Source: Planctomycetota bacterium (GTDB taxonomy: Bacteria; Planctomycetota; UBA11346). Taken from it: 60,830 nucleotides of DNA. The DNA is taken from the NCBI GenBank assembly GCA_007695355.1, contig REDX01000164.1:1-60830 (forward strand). The letters run 5' to 3'. The translations under genes were made by a program, and so were the position numbers. The notes under the pieces are model-generated. The model saw only the letters and a program-made list of their open reading frames with translations. It was not told where the DNA came from and made no database searches. Position 1 is the stretch's first letter; each line of letters opens with the position of its first letter. Below are positions 21,577-34,354 of the stretch, one piece after another.

Positions 21577-22578
21577 ATGGAGCTGCGCTTCCTCGGCACC
21601 TCCGCCGGCACCCCCTCGCGTCATCGCAATGTCAGTTCCCTCGCCCTGCGCCGGGAAGATGGTTTAGTCTGGATCTTCGACTGCGGCGAAGGTACCCAGC
21701 AGCAAATTCTCCGCAGTTCCATTAAGCCCAGCAGCATCGACCGCATTTTCCTTACCCACCTCCACGGTGACCATAGCTATGGCCTCTTCGGCCTCATCTC
21801 GGCCCTTGCCGTACATGGCCGCGGCCGCCGCCCCCTGGCGGTGGTGGGCCCGAAGGGTCTGCGCGACATGCTGACATGCGTCCTACGCTGCTCCCATGCC
21901 CACTTTGCCTTCCCCCTCGAAATTGAGGAAATCGACGGTGCCGACTGGCAGGGCAGTCTCGACGGTTGGCAGATCCAGGCCCGCCCGCTACAGCACCGCG
22001 CCCCCTGCTTTGGCTACGCCCTGCAGGAACCCCCAGGCCTTGGGCGCCTAAATCGAGAACGGGCCGAGGCCCTCGGCATCCCCCCGGGCCCAGAGCGCGG
22101 ACGGCTAGTGCGCGGTGAAAGCATTACCCTCGCCGATGGTCGGCAGATTCACCCGGAGATGGCAGTGGAACCAGCCAAACCTGGCCGACGCATCGTTATC
22201 CTCGGCGACACCAGTGATTCTCGCGCCATCTACGAAGCCGGCGCCGGCGCCGATATCCTCGTCCACGAGGCCACCTTCACCGGCGACCTTGAGGCCAAGG
22301 CCCGGGAATGGGGCCATTCAACCGCAGCGATGGCGGGAGACTGCGCCCGCGATATGGGCGTCGCCCATCTCGTCCTCACCCATTTCTCTTCCCGCTATGG
22401 CGATCACGGCGAGGATTGGCAGCGGGCACGAGCAACCCTCATCGCCGAAGCGGCAGACCGCTGCCCAGGAGTCCATGTGCATGCCGCCGAAGATTTTGCC
22501 ATCGCCAGCTTGGCCCGCCGCGCCGATGCCGAAAGCCAGCCAGCACTCCACTGGCGGCGGGATGAGGCGCAGTCATGA
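21577..22578 (+). CDS. rnz: Ribonuclease Z
   Basis: FLGTSAG.P, DCGEGTQ, THLHGDH, GP-rich exosite, HEATF, GHST, LTHFSSRY. Confidence 0.95.
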   Translation: MELRFLGTSAGTPSRHRNVSSLALRREDGLVWIFDCGEGTQQQILRSSIKPSSIDRIFLTHLHGDHSYGLFGLISALAVHGRGRRPLAVVGPKGLRDMLTCVLRCSHAHFAFPLEIEEIDGADWQGSLDGWQIQARPLQHRAPCFGYALQEPPGLGRLNRERAEALGIPPGPERGRLVRGESITLADGRQIHPEMAVEPAKPGRRIVILGDTSDSRAIYEAGAGADILVHEATFTGDLEAKAREWGHSTAAMAGDCARDMGVAHLVLTHFSSRYGDHGEDWQRARATLIAEAADRCPGVHVHAAEDFAIASLARRADAESQPALHWRRDEAQS

Positions 22579-23297
22579 GCCGCCGCCTCGATGCCTGGCT
22601 AGCCAGCTGCGGCCTTGGTAGCCGCAGCGAAACCCGCATCCTTATCCGCAAGGGTCAGGTCCAGGTGAATGGTGAAACCACCAAGCAACTAGCCCTGCAG
22701 GTGGGCCCAGATGACTTGATTGAAATCGCTGGCAAGCCAGTGATTCCGCCTCGCAGTATCCCCCTCACCCTGCTGCTGCACAAACCCCTGGGCTATAGCT
22801 GTAGCCATGATGTGCGCGAACAGCCGATTATCGACGATTTACTCACGCAGTGGTCTGGGCATAGCCTCAATAGCGTCGGCCGACTCGATCGAGACACCAG
22901 CGGCCTCCTCGTCCTCACGGATGACGGACAGTTACTGCACCGCCTCATCCACCCCAAGCGCAAGGTGCCCAAGCGCTACCGCATGACCTACCGCGGGACC
23001 CTTGACCCCCGGGCGGTAGAGTTCGTTGCCGCAGGCCTGCAATTGCCGGACGAGGACAAGCCCTGCCTGCCCGCCCGGCTAGAGCTCCAGCAGCCGGGGG
23101 CTGCCACCATGATCCTCCACGAGGGCCGCTACCACCAAGTACGGCGAATGATTCAGGCCCTCGGCGGCGAGGTTGAAACCCTGCACCGCGATGCGGTGGG
23201 CAGCCTCCGCCTCCCCGCAGACCTCGCCCCCGGCGAACTGCGGGAAATCCGCGAGGACGAATTGGCCCTGCTGCAGGGCCTAGACTCCCCAGATTAA
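22575..23297 (+). CDS. rsuA: RsuA-family rRNA pseudouridine synthase
   Basis: S4 domain, GRLDRDTSGLL, EGRYHQVRRM. Confidence 0.88.
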   Translation: MSRRLDAWLASCGLGSRSETRILIRKGQVQVNGETTKQLALQVGPDDLIEIAGKPVIPPRSIPLTLLLHKPLGYSCSHDVREQPIIDDLLTQWSGHSLNSVGRLDRDTSGLLVLTDDGQLLHRLIHPKRKVPKRYRMTYRGTLDPRAVEFVAAGLQLPDEDKPCLPARLELQQPGAATMILHEGRYHQVRRMIQALGGEVETLHRDAVGSLRLPADLAPGELREIREDELALLQGLDSPD

Positions 23298-23435
23298 GTC
23301 AGAGACTGGCCACGATGACAAGGCTTAAGCGAGATGAGAAGAGCCAGACTGCTGCGCTCTGTCGCTTGAGCCAGCCGGAAGTGGTTTAGGCTGCGGCCCA
23401 TTGCCCGGCAACGACGGGTTGGGAAGGATGGCCGC

Positions 23436-24767
23436 ATGGCTCAAAGGACAGCAGGAGGCATTCCACCTGCACAGGGGCGCCAAGCTACTGGTTGGCCATG
23501 GTGGCGTCACTGCGCCCTATGGGTCTGTCTGGTGATAACTGGAAGCATCCTTCAGGCCCAAGAGTCGGTGATTGCTGATCGCGTCGTGCGCTACGTCAAC
23601 GACGAAGTCATCACCCAAAACGAAGTTTGGCAGGAAGTGCGCTCGCGCTTTTTAATCATGCAGCGGGCCGGAGCCGAGATTCCCAGCGAAGAGCGAGCGC
23701 ACCGGGCATTTATCGAAAACCTTCGCCAAGAAACCCTCGAACGCCTCACCGATGAAATGCTCTTGGTGCAGGAAGCCAGGCGTCTGGGCGTACAGTTGGA
23801 CCTCGTCTTTATTCGCCGGCAGGTGCGTGATTTTATCCGCGATAATAATCTCAGCCCCACCGTTGCCCAAGAGGCACGGGAACAGCGCCGGCGCATTCGC
23901 GAGAATCAAATCCATGCCGTGCAGCGCTTTTACGAAAGTCGATCGCCAGCTATTACGCCCAGCGATATCCATCGCTTCTACACCGAAAATCCCGATATCT
24001 TCGCCATGCCGCAGCAGGTTTGGGGACACCGCCTGCTTCTGCGCCCATCCAGCCCCGAAGACCACCGCCGCTATCAGCGGGATCTCATGGCGCTATTGCA
24101 ACGGGTGCAGACCGATCCCCTTCCGGCAGTCGCCGGTGCCATCGAGGATGAACAATTGTCGCAGATTGCCCGCGCCGAGGAGGGCGAACGAACCCAGCTG
24201 CTCACCCAGGCCCTGCGCAGCGTTTTAGAACGCATTCCGGCAGAGGCTCCGGCCCGCACCCGCCAATTAGCCGAACAGCTGCAAGACACCCTCGCCCGGG
24301 GGACGCGCATGCGCGACAGCGCCAGCGTGCGCCACCTCCTCAGCGCCATCGCCGAGGAAGTCAATGCCCTTGAAGATGCGGAAATGAGACTCCAGCGTTT
24401 CATCGAACGCACCCGCGAACATAGCCAGGGGCCCCGCGCCGAGCAGGGCGGAGATCTTGAGTGGCAGGAAATCGGCAGCCAAGACGCCACCATGGAAGAG
24501 TTCCTCTTCGCCACCCCCGTCGGCCAGAGCTCTCAGCCCTTCACCCTTGGTGAGTTCCTCTGCCTCGTATTTGTCCGCGATCGCGTCGATGACACCCTCC
24601 TTGGCCTGCGTGAATCAACCCCACAAATTCGTAGCCACCTCCGTCGTGAGCGCGAGCAGGCGGTTCGACAACGTCTGGTCAGCCAGCTGCGGCGCCGCGC
24701 GCTGATCCGCGATATGGATATTGATATGCGCCTGCCACCGGAATGGTTTATACATGAAGGCTCCTAA
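23436..24767 (+). CDS. SurA-like chaperone / parvulin-type PPIase
   Basis: DRVVRYVNDEVIT SurA N-domain; HSQG..AEQGGDLEW parvulin motif. Confidence 0.8.
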   Translation: MAQRTAGGIPPAQGRQATGWPWWRHCALWVCLVITGSILQAQESVIADRVVRYVNDEVITQNEVWQEVRSRFLIMQRAGAEIPSEERAHRAFIENLRQETLERLTDEMLLVQEARRLGVQLDLVFIRRQVRDFIRDNNLSPTVAQEAREQRRRIRENQIHAVQRFYESRSPAITPSDIHRFYTENPDIFAMPQQVWGHRLLLRPSSPEDHRRYQRDLMALLQRVQTDPLPAVAGAIEDEQLSQIARAEEGERTQLLTQALRSVLERIPAEAPARTRQLAEQLQDTLARGTRMRDSASVRHLLSAIAEEVNALEDAEMRLQRFIERTREHSQGPRAEQGGDLEWQEIGSQDATMEEFLFATPVGQSSQPFTLGEFLCLVFVRDRVDDTLLGLRESTPQIRSHLRREREQAVRQRLVSQLRRRALIRDMDIDMRLPPEWFIHEGS

Positions 24768-24770
24768 ACC

Positions 24771-26252
24771 TTGCCTCTGATCTTAGAGCCCCATGGCACC
24801 GCCGTGGTGCTTTTAATTGGTGGCGTCCTATTGGCTGTCAGCGTCCTTGCTAGCCGCTTTGCCACCCGTCGTGGTATTCCCCTGGCGCTTCTGTTTCTCT
24901 TTATTGGCATGGCGGCCGGTACCGATGGCATCGGTGGCATCATCTTTGAAGATTACCACCTCACCTTTCGCGTCGGCACGGTTGCCCTAATTCTCATTCT
25001 CTTTGATGGCGGCCTCAATACGCCCCTGCGCAGCCTGCGTACCTCCATCGCCCCGGCTTCCATGCTCGCCACCTTGGGGGTGGTGCTGACCGCTGCCCTC
25101 GTCGCCGCCGCAGCCGCCCTCTCTGGCATGCTGCCCTGGCAGCATGCCATTCTCCTCGGTGCCGTGGTGAGCTCTACCGATGCGGCGGCGGTATTTTCCA
25201 TTCTCCGCTCGTCGAATCTAAATTTACGCAAGCGCACCGCCAGCACGCTAGAGCTGGAATCCGGCGCCAATGACCCCATGGCGGTCATTCTCACCATGGC
25301 CGCCGCCACCGCCATCGCCCAGGATAGCTTCATCGGCTGGGGCTCCCTCTTGGAAGCGGTGGTGCAATTAGCCGTTGGCATGGGCCTAGGCATTGCCGCC
25401 GGCTATGGCTGCTCACACCTCTTGGCCCGGGTACGCTTCATTAGCGGCGGGCTCTATCCCGTACTTACCGTAGCCCTGGCCATGCTCACCTTTGCCATGC
25501 CCAGCCTCATGTGGGGTTCGGGCTTCCTTGCTGTCTACGTAGCGGCAGTGATTATCGGCAATAATCGCCTGCCCCACCGTAGCAGTCTGCGCCGGGTGCA
25601 CGATGCCCTGGCCTGGTTTTCCCAGGTGGGCCTCTTCCTCATGATGGGACTCCTGGTTACCCCCAGCGAACTCTGGCGCATCGCCGGTTGGGGATTATTC
25701 ATCGCCTTCTTCCTTGCCCTGGTGGCCCGTCCCCTCGCCGTTTTCCTGTGCCTGCTGCCCTTCCGCTTTGCCCCCCGCGAAACCCTCTTCCTCGGCTGGG
25801 TGGGACTGCGTGGAGCAGTGCCCATTCTCCTTGCCACCATCCCGGTCCTGCAAGGAGTTGAACACGCCCACTACATTTTCAACGTGGTCTTCTTTATTGT
25901 GGTGATTAATGCGATTATACCCGGCATGACCGTGGGCTGGGCCACTCATCGCCTGGGTCTCAATGTGTCTGCTCCGCCCAATCCGGGGGCGGTTATGGAA
26001 ATTGACGCCCTCTATGATTTAGACAAGGAAGTGCATTCCTTCTTTATCCAGGAAGCCTCCTCTGTGGCCGGCACCCACATCTGCGATATCCCTTGGCCCG
26101 ATGATGCCTCTGCCCTCATGATCGTCCGCGGTCGCGCCCTCATCACCCCCAAGGGCCATACCGAAGTCATGGTAAACGACCACGTTTATGTCCTCTGCAA
26201 TGCCGAAGATCTCGTCTTTTTGCAATTGCTGATGGGCACCCAAGAAGACTAG
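24771..26252 (+). CDS. cvrA: K+/H+ antiporter NhaP2/CvrA with TrkA-C domain
   Basis: LILFDGGL, STDAAAVFS, LELESGANDP, WVGLRGAVPI. Confidence 0.92.
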   Translation: MPLILEPHGTAVVLLIGGVLLAVSVLASRFATRRGIPLALLFLFIGMAAGTDGIGGIIFEDYHLTFRVGTVALILILFDGGLNTPLRSLRTSIAPASMLATLGVVLTAALVAAAAALSGMLPWQHAILLGAVVSSTDAAAVFSILRSSNLNLRKRTASTLELESGANDPMAVILTMAAATAIAQDSFIGWGSLLEAVVQLAVGMGLGIAAGYGCSHLLARVRFISGGLYPVLTVALAMLTFAMPSLMWGSGFLAVYVAAVIIGNNRLPHRSSLRRVHDALAWFSQVGLFLMMGLLVTPSELWRIAGWGLFIAFFLALVARPLAVFLCLLPFRFAPRETLFLGWVGLRGAVPILLATIPVLQGVEHAHYIFNVVFFIVVINAIIPGMTVGWATHRLGLNVSAPPNPGAVMEIDALYDLDKEVHSFFIQEASSVAGTHICDIPWPDDASALMIVRGRALITPKGHTEVMVNDHVYVLCNAEDLVFLQLLMGTQED

Positions 26253-26443
26253 CTCTTTGCCGTCGGGTCACCGTCGGGAGAATTGGCCAAAGCCAATTAC
26301 GGATAGGCGCCGTTCTCAACCATCGCTGCATCCCTAGCGGTAGCCGGCCCAAACAAATCCCGGCAGGCGTGCAATCGCGCATGCCACAATCGCCCTTCGC
26401 CCTGCCTCAGGCCAGCAAAACCCTGCCTTGCGGCCGGCAAATC

Positions 26444-26854
26444 CTAAACCTGCTTGGTCTCAGGCACGGCCTTGCCGGCGCTCTGCAATTGGGTTTTAAG
26501 CCAGTGGGCGCGGGCCTTGGCCTGGGTGAGGGCCATCGGGTCGTCATAGCTGGCGGCATCAAGGGCTAAGAGCTCGTCAATCAGGCGGCCTTCTGACACA
26601 TCGGCAAGCAAGGCGGCAGATTCAGCGAGAATGGTAATCTGATCATCCACCACCTGCAGCACGCCACCATCAACCACGTAGACCACCCGCGGGTGACTGG
26701 CGTGCTCTAAGGTCAACTTGCCGGAGCCCAATTGACAGACCATCGGGGCGTGGCGGGGAAGAATACCGCGCAAGCCATCGTGGGCCGGCAGGATAACGTG
26801 ATCCGCCGGATGGTTAGGGAGCTGGCGCTCGGGAGTGAGGATGGTCACCTGCAT
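26444..26854 (-). CDS. atpC: F1 epsilon subunit
   Basis: VTILTPER, GILPRHAPM, DGG.LQV. Confidence 0.9.
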   Translation of the reverse strand: MQVTILTPERQLPNHPADHVILPAHDGLRGILPRHAPMVCQLGSGKLTLEHASHPRVVYVVDGGVLQVVDDQITILAESAALLADVSEGRLIDELLALDAASYDDPMALTQAKARAHWLKTQLQSAGKAVPETKQV

Positions 26855-26858
26855 GGCT

Positions 26859-28418
<1,560 letters not shown>

Positions 28419-29309
28419 TCACGACATGGCCTCCACGGCACCAACGATTTCGGCAATCTCTTGGGTGATTTTGCCTTGGCGCACCCGGTTATAGGTGCGA
28501 TTGATCGTCTTGAGAATATCGGAGGCAGCATCGGTGGCATTTTTCATCGCCACCCGACGAGCATTGTGTTCACCGGCGGAGGTTTGCAGCAGGGTGCTGA
28601 AAAGGGCGGTCCGCACGGTTTGCGGGATCAGCGCCTCAAGCATTTCCACCGGCGATGGGCTGTAGAAATATTCCGGGCCGATGGCAGGCAGGGTTTCCGC
28701 GGCCATCTCCAAGCTGCCGCCCTGACTGCCTCCACCGGCGGGAAGCAACACCGCAACGCTAGGCTCTTGACGGGCAACATTGATAAAGCGGGGGTAGACC
28801 ACTTCGACACGATCAATCTCGCCGGCGAGGTAGCGTTCCATCAGAGGCTCAATCACTTCAAGGGCCTGACTGTAACGCGGGGCATCCATAATCCCGCCAA
28901 AGCCCTGGGCTGGCTCGTAGCCAAAATAACGCAGGGTCGAATACCCCTTCTTGCCCAGGGAAATGATTTCAACCTCGGCCGCCTGTGCTTCGTGGGCCTT
29001 AATCGTTTCTAGAGCATGGCGCAGAATATTGGCATTAAAGGCACCGCAGAGTCCGCGATCTGAGGTAGCCACCAAAAGCACCACCCGCTTGACCTCGCGG
29101 CTGGCGAGGAGGGGATGCTCTGCGGCCCCTTCACTGGCAGCGCAGTCGCGCACCAGCTTGGCCAGGGCCTCGGCATAGGGCCGAGAGGCGTCAGCTGCCT
29201 CCTGGGCCTTACGCGCCTTGGACGACGCCACCAATTCCATGGTACGCGTTATCTTACGCGTATTGGCGATGGTCTTGCGCCGCTTGAGGAGTTCCTGGGT
29301 ATTGGCCAT
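28419..29309 (-). CDS. atpG: F1 gamma subunit
   Basis: KITRTMELV, DRGLCGAFN, AMKNATD, RQGKITQEI. Confidence 0.96.
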   Translation of the reverse strand: MANTQELLKRRKTIANTRKITRTMELVASSKARKAQEAADASRPYAEALAKLVRDCAASEGAAEHPLLASREVKRVVLLVATSDRGLCGAFNANILRHALETIKAHEAQAAEVEIISLGKKGYSTLRYFGYEPAQGFGGIMDAPRYSQALEVIEPLMERYLAGEIDRVEVVYPRFINVARQEPSVAVLLPAGGGSQGGSLEMAAETLPAIGPEYFYSPSPVEMLEALIPQTVRTALFSTLLQTSAGEHNARRVAMKNATDAASDILKTINRTYNRVRQGKITQEIAEIVGAVEAMS

Positions 29310-29354
29310 GAATCTACTTGGGGCTGAGGTGAATGGGGATGGAAGGGCTGGAGA

Positions 29355-30971
29355 TCACGCGATCCCCTGCTCCTGCTTAAAAGCGCTAACAATGCGGGGA
29401 ATGGCCTGCTTGAGGGTGGTGAGACCCTCGTCAGTCAGGGCCTTCTTAGCATTGAGTTCGTCGATTAGCACGTGGAACTCGGCGTGGATGCGTTCGATAA
29501 AGAACTTCTCGAAGGCCAAAACCTGATCCACGGGCAGGCTGTCCAGCATGCCCAGGCCGGCGCCCTGAATGGCGAGCACCTGATCGGCAACTTCCATCGG
29601 GGAACCCTGGCCCTGTTTGAGCAGTTCCACCATGCGTGCGCCGCGATCCAGCTGGCGCTGGGTGGAGGGATCCAACTCGGTGCCGAGCTGGGCGAAGGCT
29701 TCCAACTCGCGGTAAGCAGCGAGGTCCAAGCGCAGGGTGCCGGCAACCTTTTTCATGCCCTTAATTTGAGCCGCACCGCCAACCCGGGACACCGAGATAC
29801 CGACGTCCACCGCCGGCCGCTGACCACCGTTGAAGAGGTCCGGCTGGAGGTAGATCTGGCCATCGGTAATCGAAATCACATTGGTGGGAATATAGGCTGA
29901 AACCTCGCCCTCCTGGGTTTCAATCACCGGGAAGGCGGTCAACGAACCACCGCCGAGGGGATCAGAAAGCTTGGCCGAGCGCTCGAGCAAGCGGGAGTGG
30001 AGATAGAAAACGTCACCAGGGTAGGCTTCACGGCCGGGTGGACGACGCAGCAAAAGCGACATTTCGCGGTAGGCGGCAGCCTGCTTGGAAAGATCGTCAT
30101 AGGCGATAAAGGTGGCAAAGCCACGGCCGCCATCGGCCACCGACTGCAGGCTATAACGGCCATCGCTGCCTAATTCAGGCAGACCATTCGCCCCGTGTTT
30201 CCAGGTATTATACATAAAGTATTCAGCCATGGCGGCGCCAGCATAAGGCGCCAGGAACTGCAGCGGAGCCGGCGCCGAGGCCGGAGCAGAAACGACAATG
30301 GTGTAATCAAGGGCGCCGGTTTTTTCTAGCTCGCGGACGATGCCAGCAACGGTGGACTCTTTCTGGCCGATGGCGACGTAGACGCAGATAACGCCCTTGC
30401 CCTTTTGGTTCATAATGGTGTCAACGCAGATCACGGTTTTGCCGGTCTTGCGGTCGCCGATCACCAATTCGCGCTGACCGCGGCCCACCGGGATCATGGC
30501 ATCAATGCACTTCAGGCCGGTTTGCAGGGGTTCGTGCACGCTCTTACGATCGGCCAAGCCGGGGGCCGGACTCTCAACCTTGCGGGTGCCATCGGCCTTA
30601 ATCGGGCCCTTGCCGTCCAAGGGACGCCCCAGGGGATCCACCACGCGGCCAAGCAGGCCCTGGCCCACCGGCACCTCAAGCACGCGCTGGGTACGCTTGA
30701 CCGTGTCGCCTTCGCTTAAACCCCGGTAGTCGCCCAGGATCACGCTGCCCACGGACTCTTCTTCGAGGTTCAGCGCCAGACCGTAGTTACCGCCAGGAAA
30801 CTCCAGCATCTCGCCGGCCAGGCAGTTACCGAGGCCGGAGATACGGGCGATGCCGTCGCCAACTTGGAGAATGGTGCCCACCTCTTCCACCGCGATATCG
30901 CCGCTGGTGGCGCCAAAGTTGCGCAGCTGTTCCTTAATGACCGCAGTCATCTCATCAGCACGGATTTTCAC
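29355..30971 (-). CDS. atpA: F1 alpha subunit
   Basis: [38 protein letters not shown]. Confidence 0.98.
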   Translation of the reverse strand: MKIRADEMTAVIKEQLRNFGATSGDIAVEEVGTILQVGDGIARISGLGNCLAGEMLEFPGGNYGLALNLEEESVGSVILGDYRGLSEGDTVKRTQRVLEVPVGQGLLGRVVDPLGRPLDGKGPIKADGTRKVESPAPGLADRKSVHEPLQTGLKCIDAMIPVGRGQRELVIGDRKTGKTVICVDTIMNQKGKGVICVYVAIGQKESTVAGIVRELEKTGALDYTIVVSAPASAPAPLQFLAPYAGAAMAEYFMYNTWKHGANGLPELGSDGRYSLQSVADGGRGFATFIAYDDLSKQAAAYREMSLLLRRPPGREAYPGDVFYLHSRLLERSAKLSDPLGGGSLTAFPVIETQEGEVSAYIPTNVISITDGQIYLQPDLFNGGQRPAVDVGISVSRVGGAAQIKGMKKVAGTLRLDLAAYRELEAFAQLGTELDPSTQRQLDRGARMVELLKQGQGSPMEVADQVLAIQGAGLGMLDSLPVDQVLAFEKFFIERIHAEFHVLIDELNAKKALTDEGLTTLKQAIPRIVSAFKQEQGIA

Positions 30972-31549
30972 GCAGCATCTCCTTCTTCCAATTCTACCAG
31001 CGCCAGGGGGGCGCTGCGGATGGCAGCACGGGCGTCGCGCAGACGTCGGCGCGCGCTGCCATCAATGAGGGTGTCGCCATAACGCAGACTCAGGCCGGCG
31101 ACAAGGCCTTCATCCACCTGCCAGTCGATCCGGGTGCCAAGACCCAAAACCCGCTTTAGGCTGCTTTCCACAGATCGCCGCACGATCTCATCGGCTGGGG
31201 TAGCCGTGGACACCACCACCCGCACAATGCCGAGGCGCTGCTCTTCGAGCAAGACCAGGGTGCGCAAAATAGCCGGCAGCGCTTCTAAGCGTCCGCGGTT
31301 GGCCAAGAGGCAGAGAAAATCCACCAAAAGCGGGCTCAGGCGTTCGGCGAATATGGTGCGCAGGGCTTCGCGAACCTTGGCCCGGGGCCGACCACCACCA
31401 GCAAGGGTGGCGATAAGCTCTGGACTCGCGGCCACCGATTCGGCAAGCATGGCCGCTTCTGCCACCACCGATTCACGCTGGCCGGCTTCCTCTGCGGCCT
31501 CAATGAGGGCGCTGGCGTAGACGTGAGGGACGGTGGCCGGGGTGCTCAT
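30968..31549 (-). CDS. atpH: F1 delta subunit
   Basis: YASAL, L..RGRL, VD..LVAG...GD.LIDGS. Confidence 0.9.
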   Translation of the reverse strand: MSTPATVPHVYASALIEAAEEAGQRESVVAEAAMLAESVAASPELIATLAGGGRPRAKVREALRTIFAERLSPLLVDFLCLLANRGRLEALPAILRTLVLLEEQRLGIVRVVVSTATPADEIVRRSVESSLKRVLGLGTRIDWQVDEGLVAGLSLRYGDTLIDGSARRRLRDARAAIRSAPLALVELEEGDAA

Positions 31550-32058
31550 GCCTGCACCCCAAAGACGTCTTCTTCATAGGCCGTGACGGCGGTCTGCACC
31601 AGTTCTTGCTGCAACTGTGCATCAAGGTTCCGGCGAATCACGGCTTCAGCGACTTGGGTGGCGATCACTGCCACCTCTTCGCGCAGGGCCACCACCGCGC
31701 CGTGGCGGGCGGTGTCGATATCACGAAGGGCGCGAACGCGCAGCCGATCGGCCTCGGCACGACCCGCCTCGACAATGCGATTCTTGTGCTCGTTACCTTC
31801 GGCTTCGGCACGGCGAATCATCTCGGCGATCTTGGCTTCGGCTCCGGCCAATTGGCGATCTAATTCGGCCTGCAATTCGGCAGACCGACGGTTATTGGCT
31901 TCGGCCTGCTCGATCTGCGAAGCGATACGCGCTTCCCGAGCATCAATGGCTGAGACCACCGGCTTAATGCCCCACTTCAACACAATCAGCACCGCCACCA
32001 CGAAGGCAAAGAGGCCGAAGAAGAAGTCGGGGATGCTATTGGCGATAAACTCGATCAT
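31546..32058 (-). CDS. atpF: F0 b subunit
   Basis: N-terminal TM, KP....IDAREARI, long helix; start ATG 32058 or GTG 32061. Confidence 0.9.
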   Translation of the reverse strand: MIEFIANSIPDFFFGLFAFVVAVLIVLKWGIKPVVSAIDAREARIASQIEQAEANNRRSAELQAELDRQLAGAEAKIAEMIRRAEAEGNEHKNRIVEAGRAEADRLRVRALRDIDTARHGAVVALREEVAVIATQVAEAVIRRNLDAQLQQELVQTAVTAYEEDVFGVQA

Positions 32059-32164
32059 CACGTCCTCATTTCCCCAGTCCGGGGACTCGGGATCCAGGGT
32101 GAACGGGCTATCACCACCACTGGACATTCATGCCCAGGGGGGGCGATTTCCAGGTACCACCCGA

Positions 32165-32392
32165 TCAGAGGATCAGGCAGAGCAGACCAACCACCACGCC
32201 GAAGAGGGCTACGCCTTCAATCAGCGCGGCGGCGATAATCATGGTACCCTTGAGGTCACCAGCGGCAGAGGGCTGACGGGCAATGCCTTCAAGGGCAGCG
32301 GCGGCCAGCTTGGAGATACCGAGACCAGCACCGATGACAGCGAAAGCGGCGGCGATGCCGGCACCGATGGGAGCAAGGCTGATGACGTCCAT
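32165..32392 (-). CDS. atpE: F0 c subunit (H+-type)
   Basis: GAGLGI, ARQP loop, ALIEG carboxylate; no Na+-binding Q/ES(T) signature. Confidence 0.95.
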   Translation of the reverse strand: MDVISLAPIGAGIAAAFAVIGAGLGISKLAAAALEGIARQPSAAGDLKGTMIIAAALIEGVALFGVVVGLLCLIL

Positions 32393-32437
32393 GAAAAGAC
32401 TCCTTCGATTGCACACCCCATTGTGGGGTGATGGGGG

Positions 32438-33574
32438 TTAATGATCAGGATGCACCGAGGCACCCACGAAGAGGGCGCTCAGCAGGGTGAAAACGTAGGC
32501 TTGGATAAACGAAACCAAGAGCTTCAGCAGGAAAATCGCCACAGCAATGAGGATGCCAAAGCCGCCAAGGGCAGTTGCCATGATTTCGCTGGCACCCGCC
32601 GAAATAACAATGAAGAAAAGGGTGGTGAAACTCAAGACCACCACATGGCCGGCAAACATATTGGCAAACAAACGAATCGCCAAGGCGGCAGGCTTAATGA
32701 TCAAACCCGCCACTTCAATGACCGCCAAAATAAGCCAAATGCCCAACCCCATGGGGTTGAGGGTGAAGGGCACGGGGACCAAGGTTTTCCAGTAGGTGCC
32801 CACCCCCTGCGCCCGCATACCGCAAAAGAGCATGGTTACCAAGGTGGCGAAGGCGAAAGCCCCGGTAATCGCAATATGGGCCGAGGCAGCGCCGCCCCCC
32901 GGCACCAAACCAAAGAGATTAAAGGCCAGAACCGCGAAGAAAATCGCGGTAAAATGGGCAGTCCAGGCATCGCCATGATGGATATTGGGGCGCACCACCT
33001 CGTTACGAATGTAGATGGTGACAGCCTCAATCATGTGCTGAACCCGATTCACCGGCTTCAACTGTTCAGGACGACGGCGGCCCCAAACGCAGACAAAGAG
33101 GGCTACCAGCAGCAGGGCAACGCTGCCGAAGAAGGTCATATGATTGAAAAAGGCCAGGGGCTTGGGGAAAGTGCCAATTACCGCCTGGTTTTCCGCCAGG
33201 GCCATGGCCTGGGCCAGGGAATTGGCGTCAAAGGCCAATTCACCTTCGCGGAGTTCTTGAACCCGCAGCACGTACTCGCCGGCCCAGGTCAGTTGACTGG
33301 CAGTGGGCTCGACGGTGCCAAAAGCTGGGTCTACCTTCAGATATTTAAAGGCGTAATCGGCATATTTAGGGGAATTAAAGATCAGTAGGGGGCGCCCGGT
33401 GGGATCCCAGGCCGGCCATGGCAAACTGTGATGCTTAAGCGCACCGATAAAGGAAAAGCCGCCGCTGGCCGCTTCTGCCGTTGGCGCCGATTGCTCGAGT
33501 TCGACGGCTGCTGCCGCGGAAGCGTCAACCGTCTCGGCTGTCTCGGCCGCAGGGTATTCCAAGATATCATCCAC
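32438..33574 (-). CDS. atpB: F0 a subunit with long N-terminal extension
   Basis: ALAIRLFANMFAGH, IQAYVFTLL; start GTG 33574 (or TTG 33580). Confidence 0.93.
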   Translation of the reverse strand: MDDILEYPAAETAETVDASAAAAVELEQSAPTAEAASGGFSFIGALKHHSLPWPAWDPTGRPLLIFNSPKYADYAFKYLKVDPAFGTVEPTASQLTWAGEYVLRVQELREGELAFDANSLAQAMALAENQAVIGTFPKPLAFFNHMTFFGSVALLLVALFVCVWGRRRPEQLKPVNRVQHMIEAVTIYIRNEVVRPNIHHGDAWTAHFTAIFFAVLAFNLFGLVPGGGAASAHIAITGAFAFATLVTMLFCGMRAQGVGTYWKTLVPVPFTLNPMGLGIWLILAVIEVAGLIIKPAALAIRLFANMFAGHVVVLSFTTLFFIVISAGASEIMATALGGFGILIAVAIFLLKLLVSFIQAYVFTLLSALFVGASVHPDH

Positions 33575-33950
33575 CGGCAATCTCCGTCGCGCTCATGGCA
33601 GATACGGCTTTGACACTCAAACTCCGCGCCACCAGGGCACTGTCAATGATCAAGGCAGCGACGAGACCAGCAGCCGCAGCCAGACAGGCAGTTAAAAGGT
33701 GGACTTCTGGCACCTGCGCCATGAGCAAACAAAAAACCGCCACCAGTACCAAGCGCAGCATCATGCCGCCAACAATGCCCGCCAATACCGCGGTTACGCC
33801 ATGGGCCGCCACCAAGCGCAGGGTGACCAGACCCATTAGCGCCGTTACCGCGGTAAGGCCCGAAGCGGCCAGCAAGGCCAATGAATAGGGCCCCTGCGGA
33901 AGGATCAGGCCCAGCACAGCCAAGCACAGCGCTGGCAGCAGGGCCATCAT
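33567..33950 (-). CDS. ATP synthase accessory membrane protein (AtpI-like, 4 TM)
   Basis: Hydrophobic, G...RL motif, position upstream of atpB. Confidence 0.6.
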   Translation of the reverse strand: MMALLPALCLAVLGLILPQGPYSLALLAASGLTAVTALMGLVTLRLVAAHGVTAVLAGIVGGMMLRLVLVAVFCLLMAQVPEVHLLTACLAAAAGLVAALIIDSALVARSLSVKAVSAMSATEIAGG

Positions 33951-34354
33951 CGCAGGAACTCCTTGACCACCTGATAAAGGCCGGCCGCGATAAAGAAGAG
34001 GGCGCCGCCAACCATCCCCCAGGGCAGGGAGTCAAGCCAGACATCAATGCCATAACCAATGCCCAGGCCAATCATCACCGAGGCGGCAAGAACATAGCCA
34101 ACGTGCAGGCCCTGCCAGTGGCCGTTGGTGGCATGAGCGGGGCGGCTATCCTGATCTTGACTATTCTGCGCTTGGTCAGATTGAGACGACTCGAGATTCC
34201 CCCCCCTTGGCTCTGGCGGCAGGGCCTGCGACCAGAGTCCCACCGGCCCAATCAGCGCAGAGCCTTGGGCGACAGCACAGGTCACTGGCCGAGCAGGAAG
34301 CCAGGCGCCGAGCGGCAGCATACGAAATGGTGAATCGACCATGGGGGACGGCAC
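33947..34354 (-). CDS. AtpZ/AtpI family protein (start uncertain)
   Basis: G..IGYGID.WL.S.PW two-TM motif. Confidence 0.75.
   Translation of the reverse strand: MPSPMVDSPFRMLPLGAWLPARPVTCAVAQGSALIGPVGLWSQALPPEPRGGNLESSQSDQAQNSQDQDSRPAHATNGHWQGLHVGYVLAASVMIGLGIGYGIDVWLDSLPWGMVGGALFFIAAGLYQVVKEFLR

Noticed and set aside
32165-32392. Na+-translocating ATP synthase
   Set aside because: The c subunit lacks the Gln and ES/T sodium ligands
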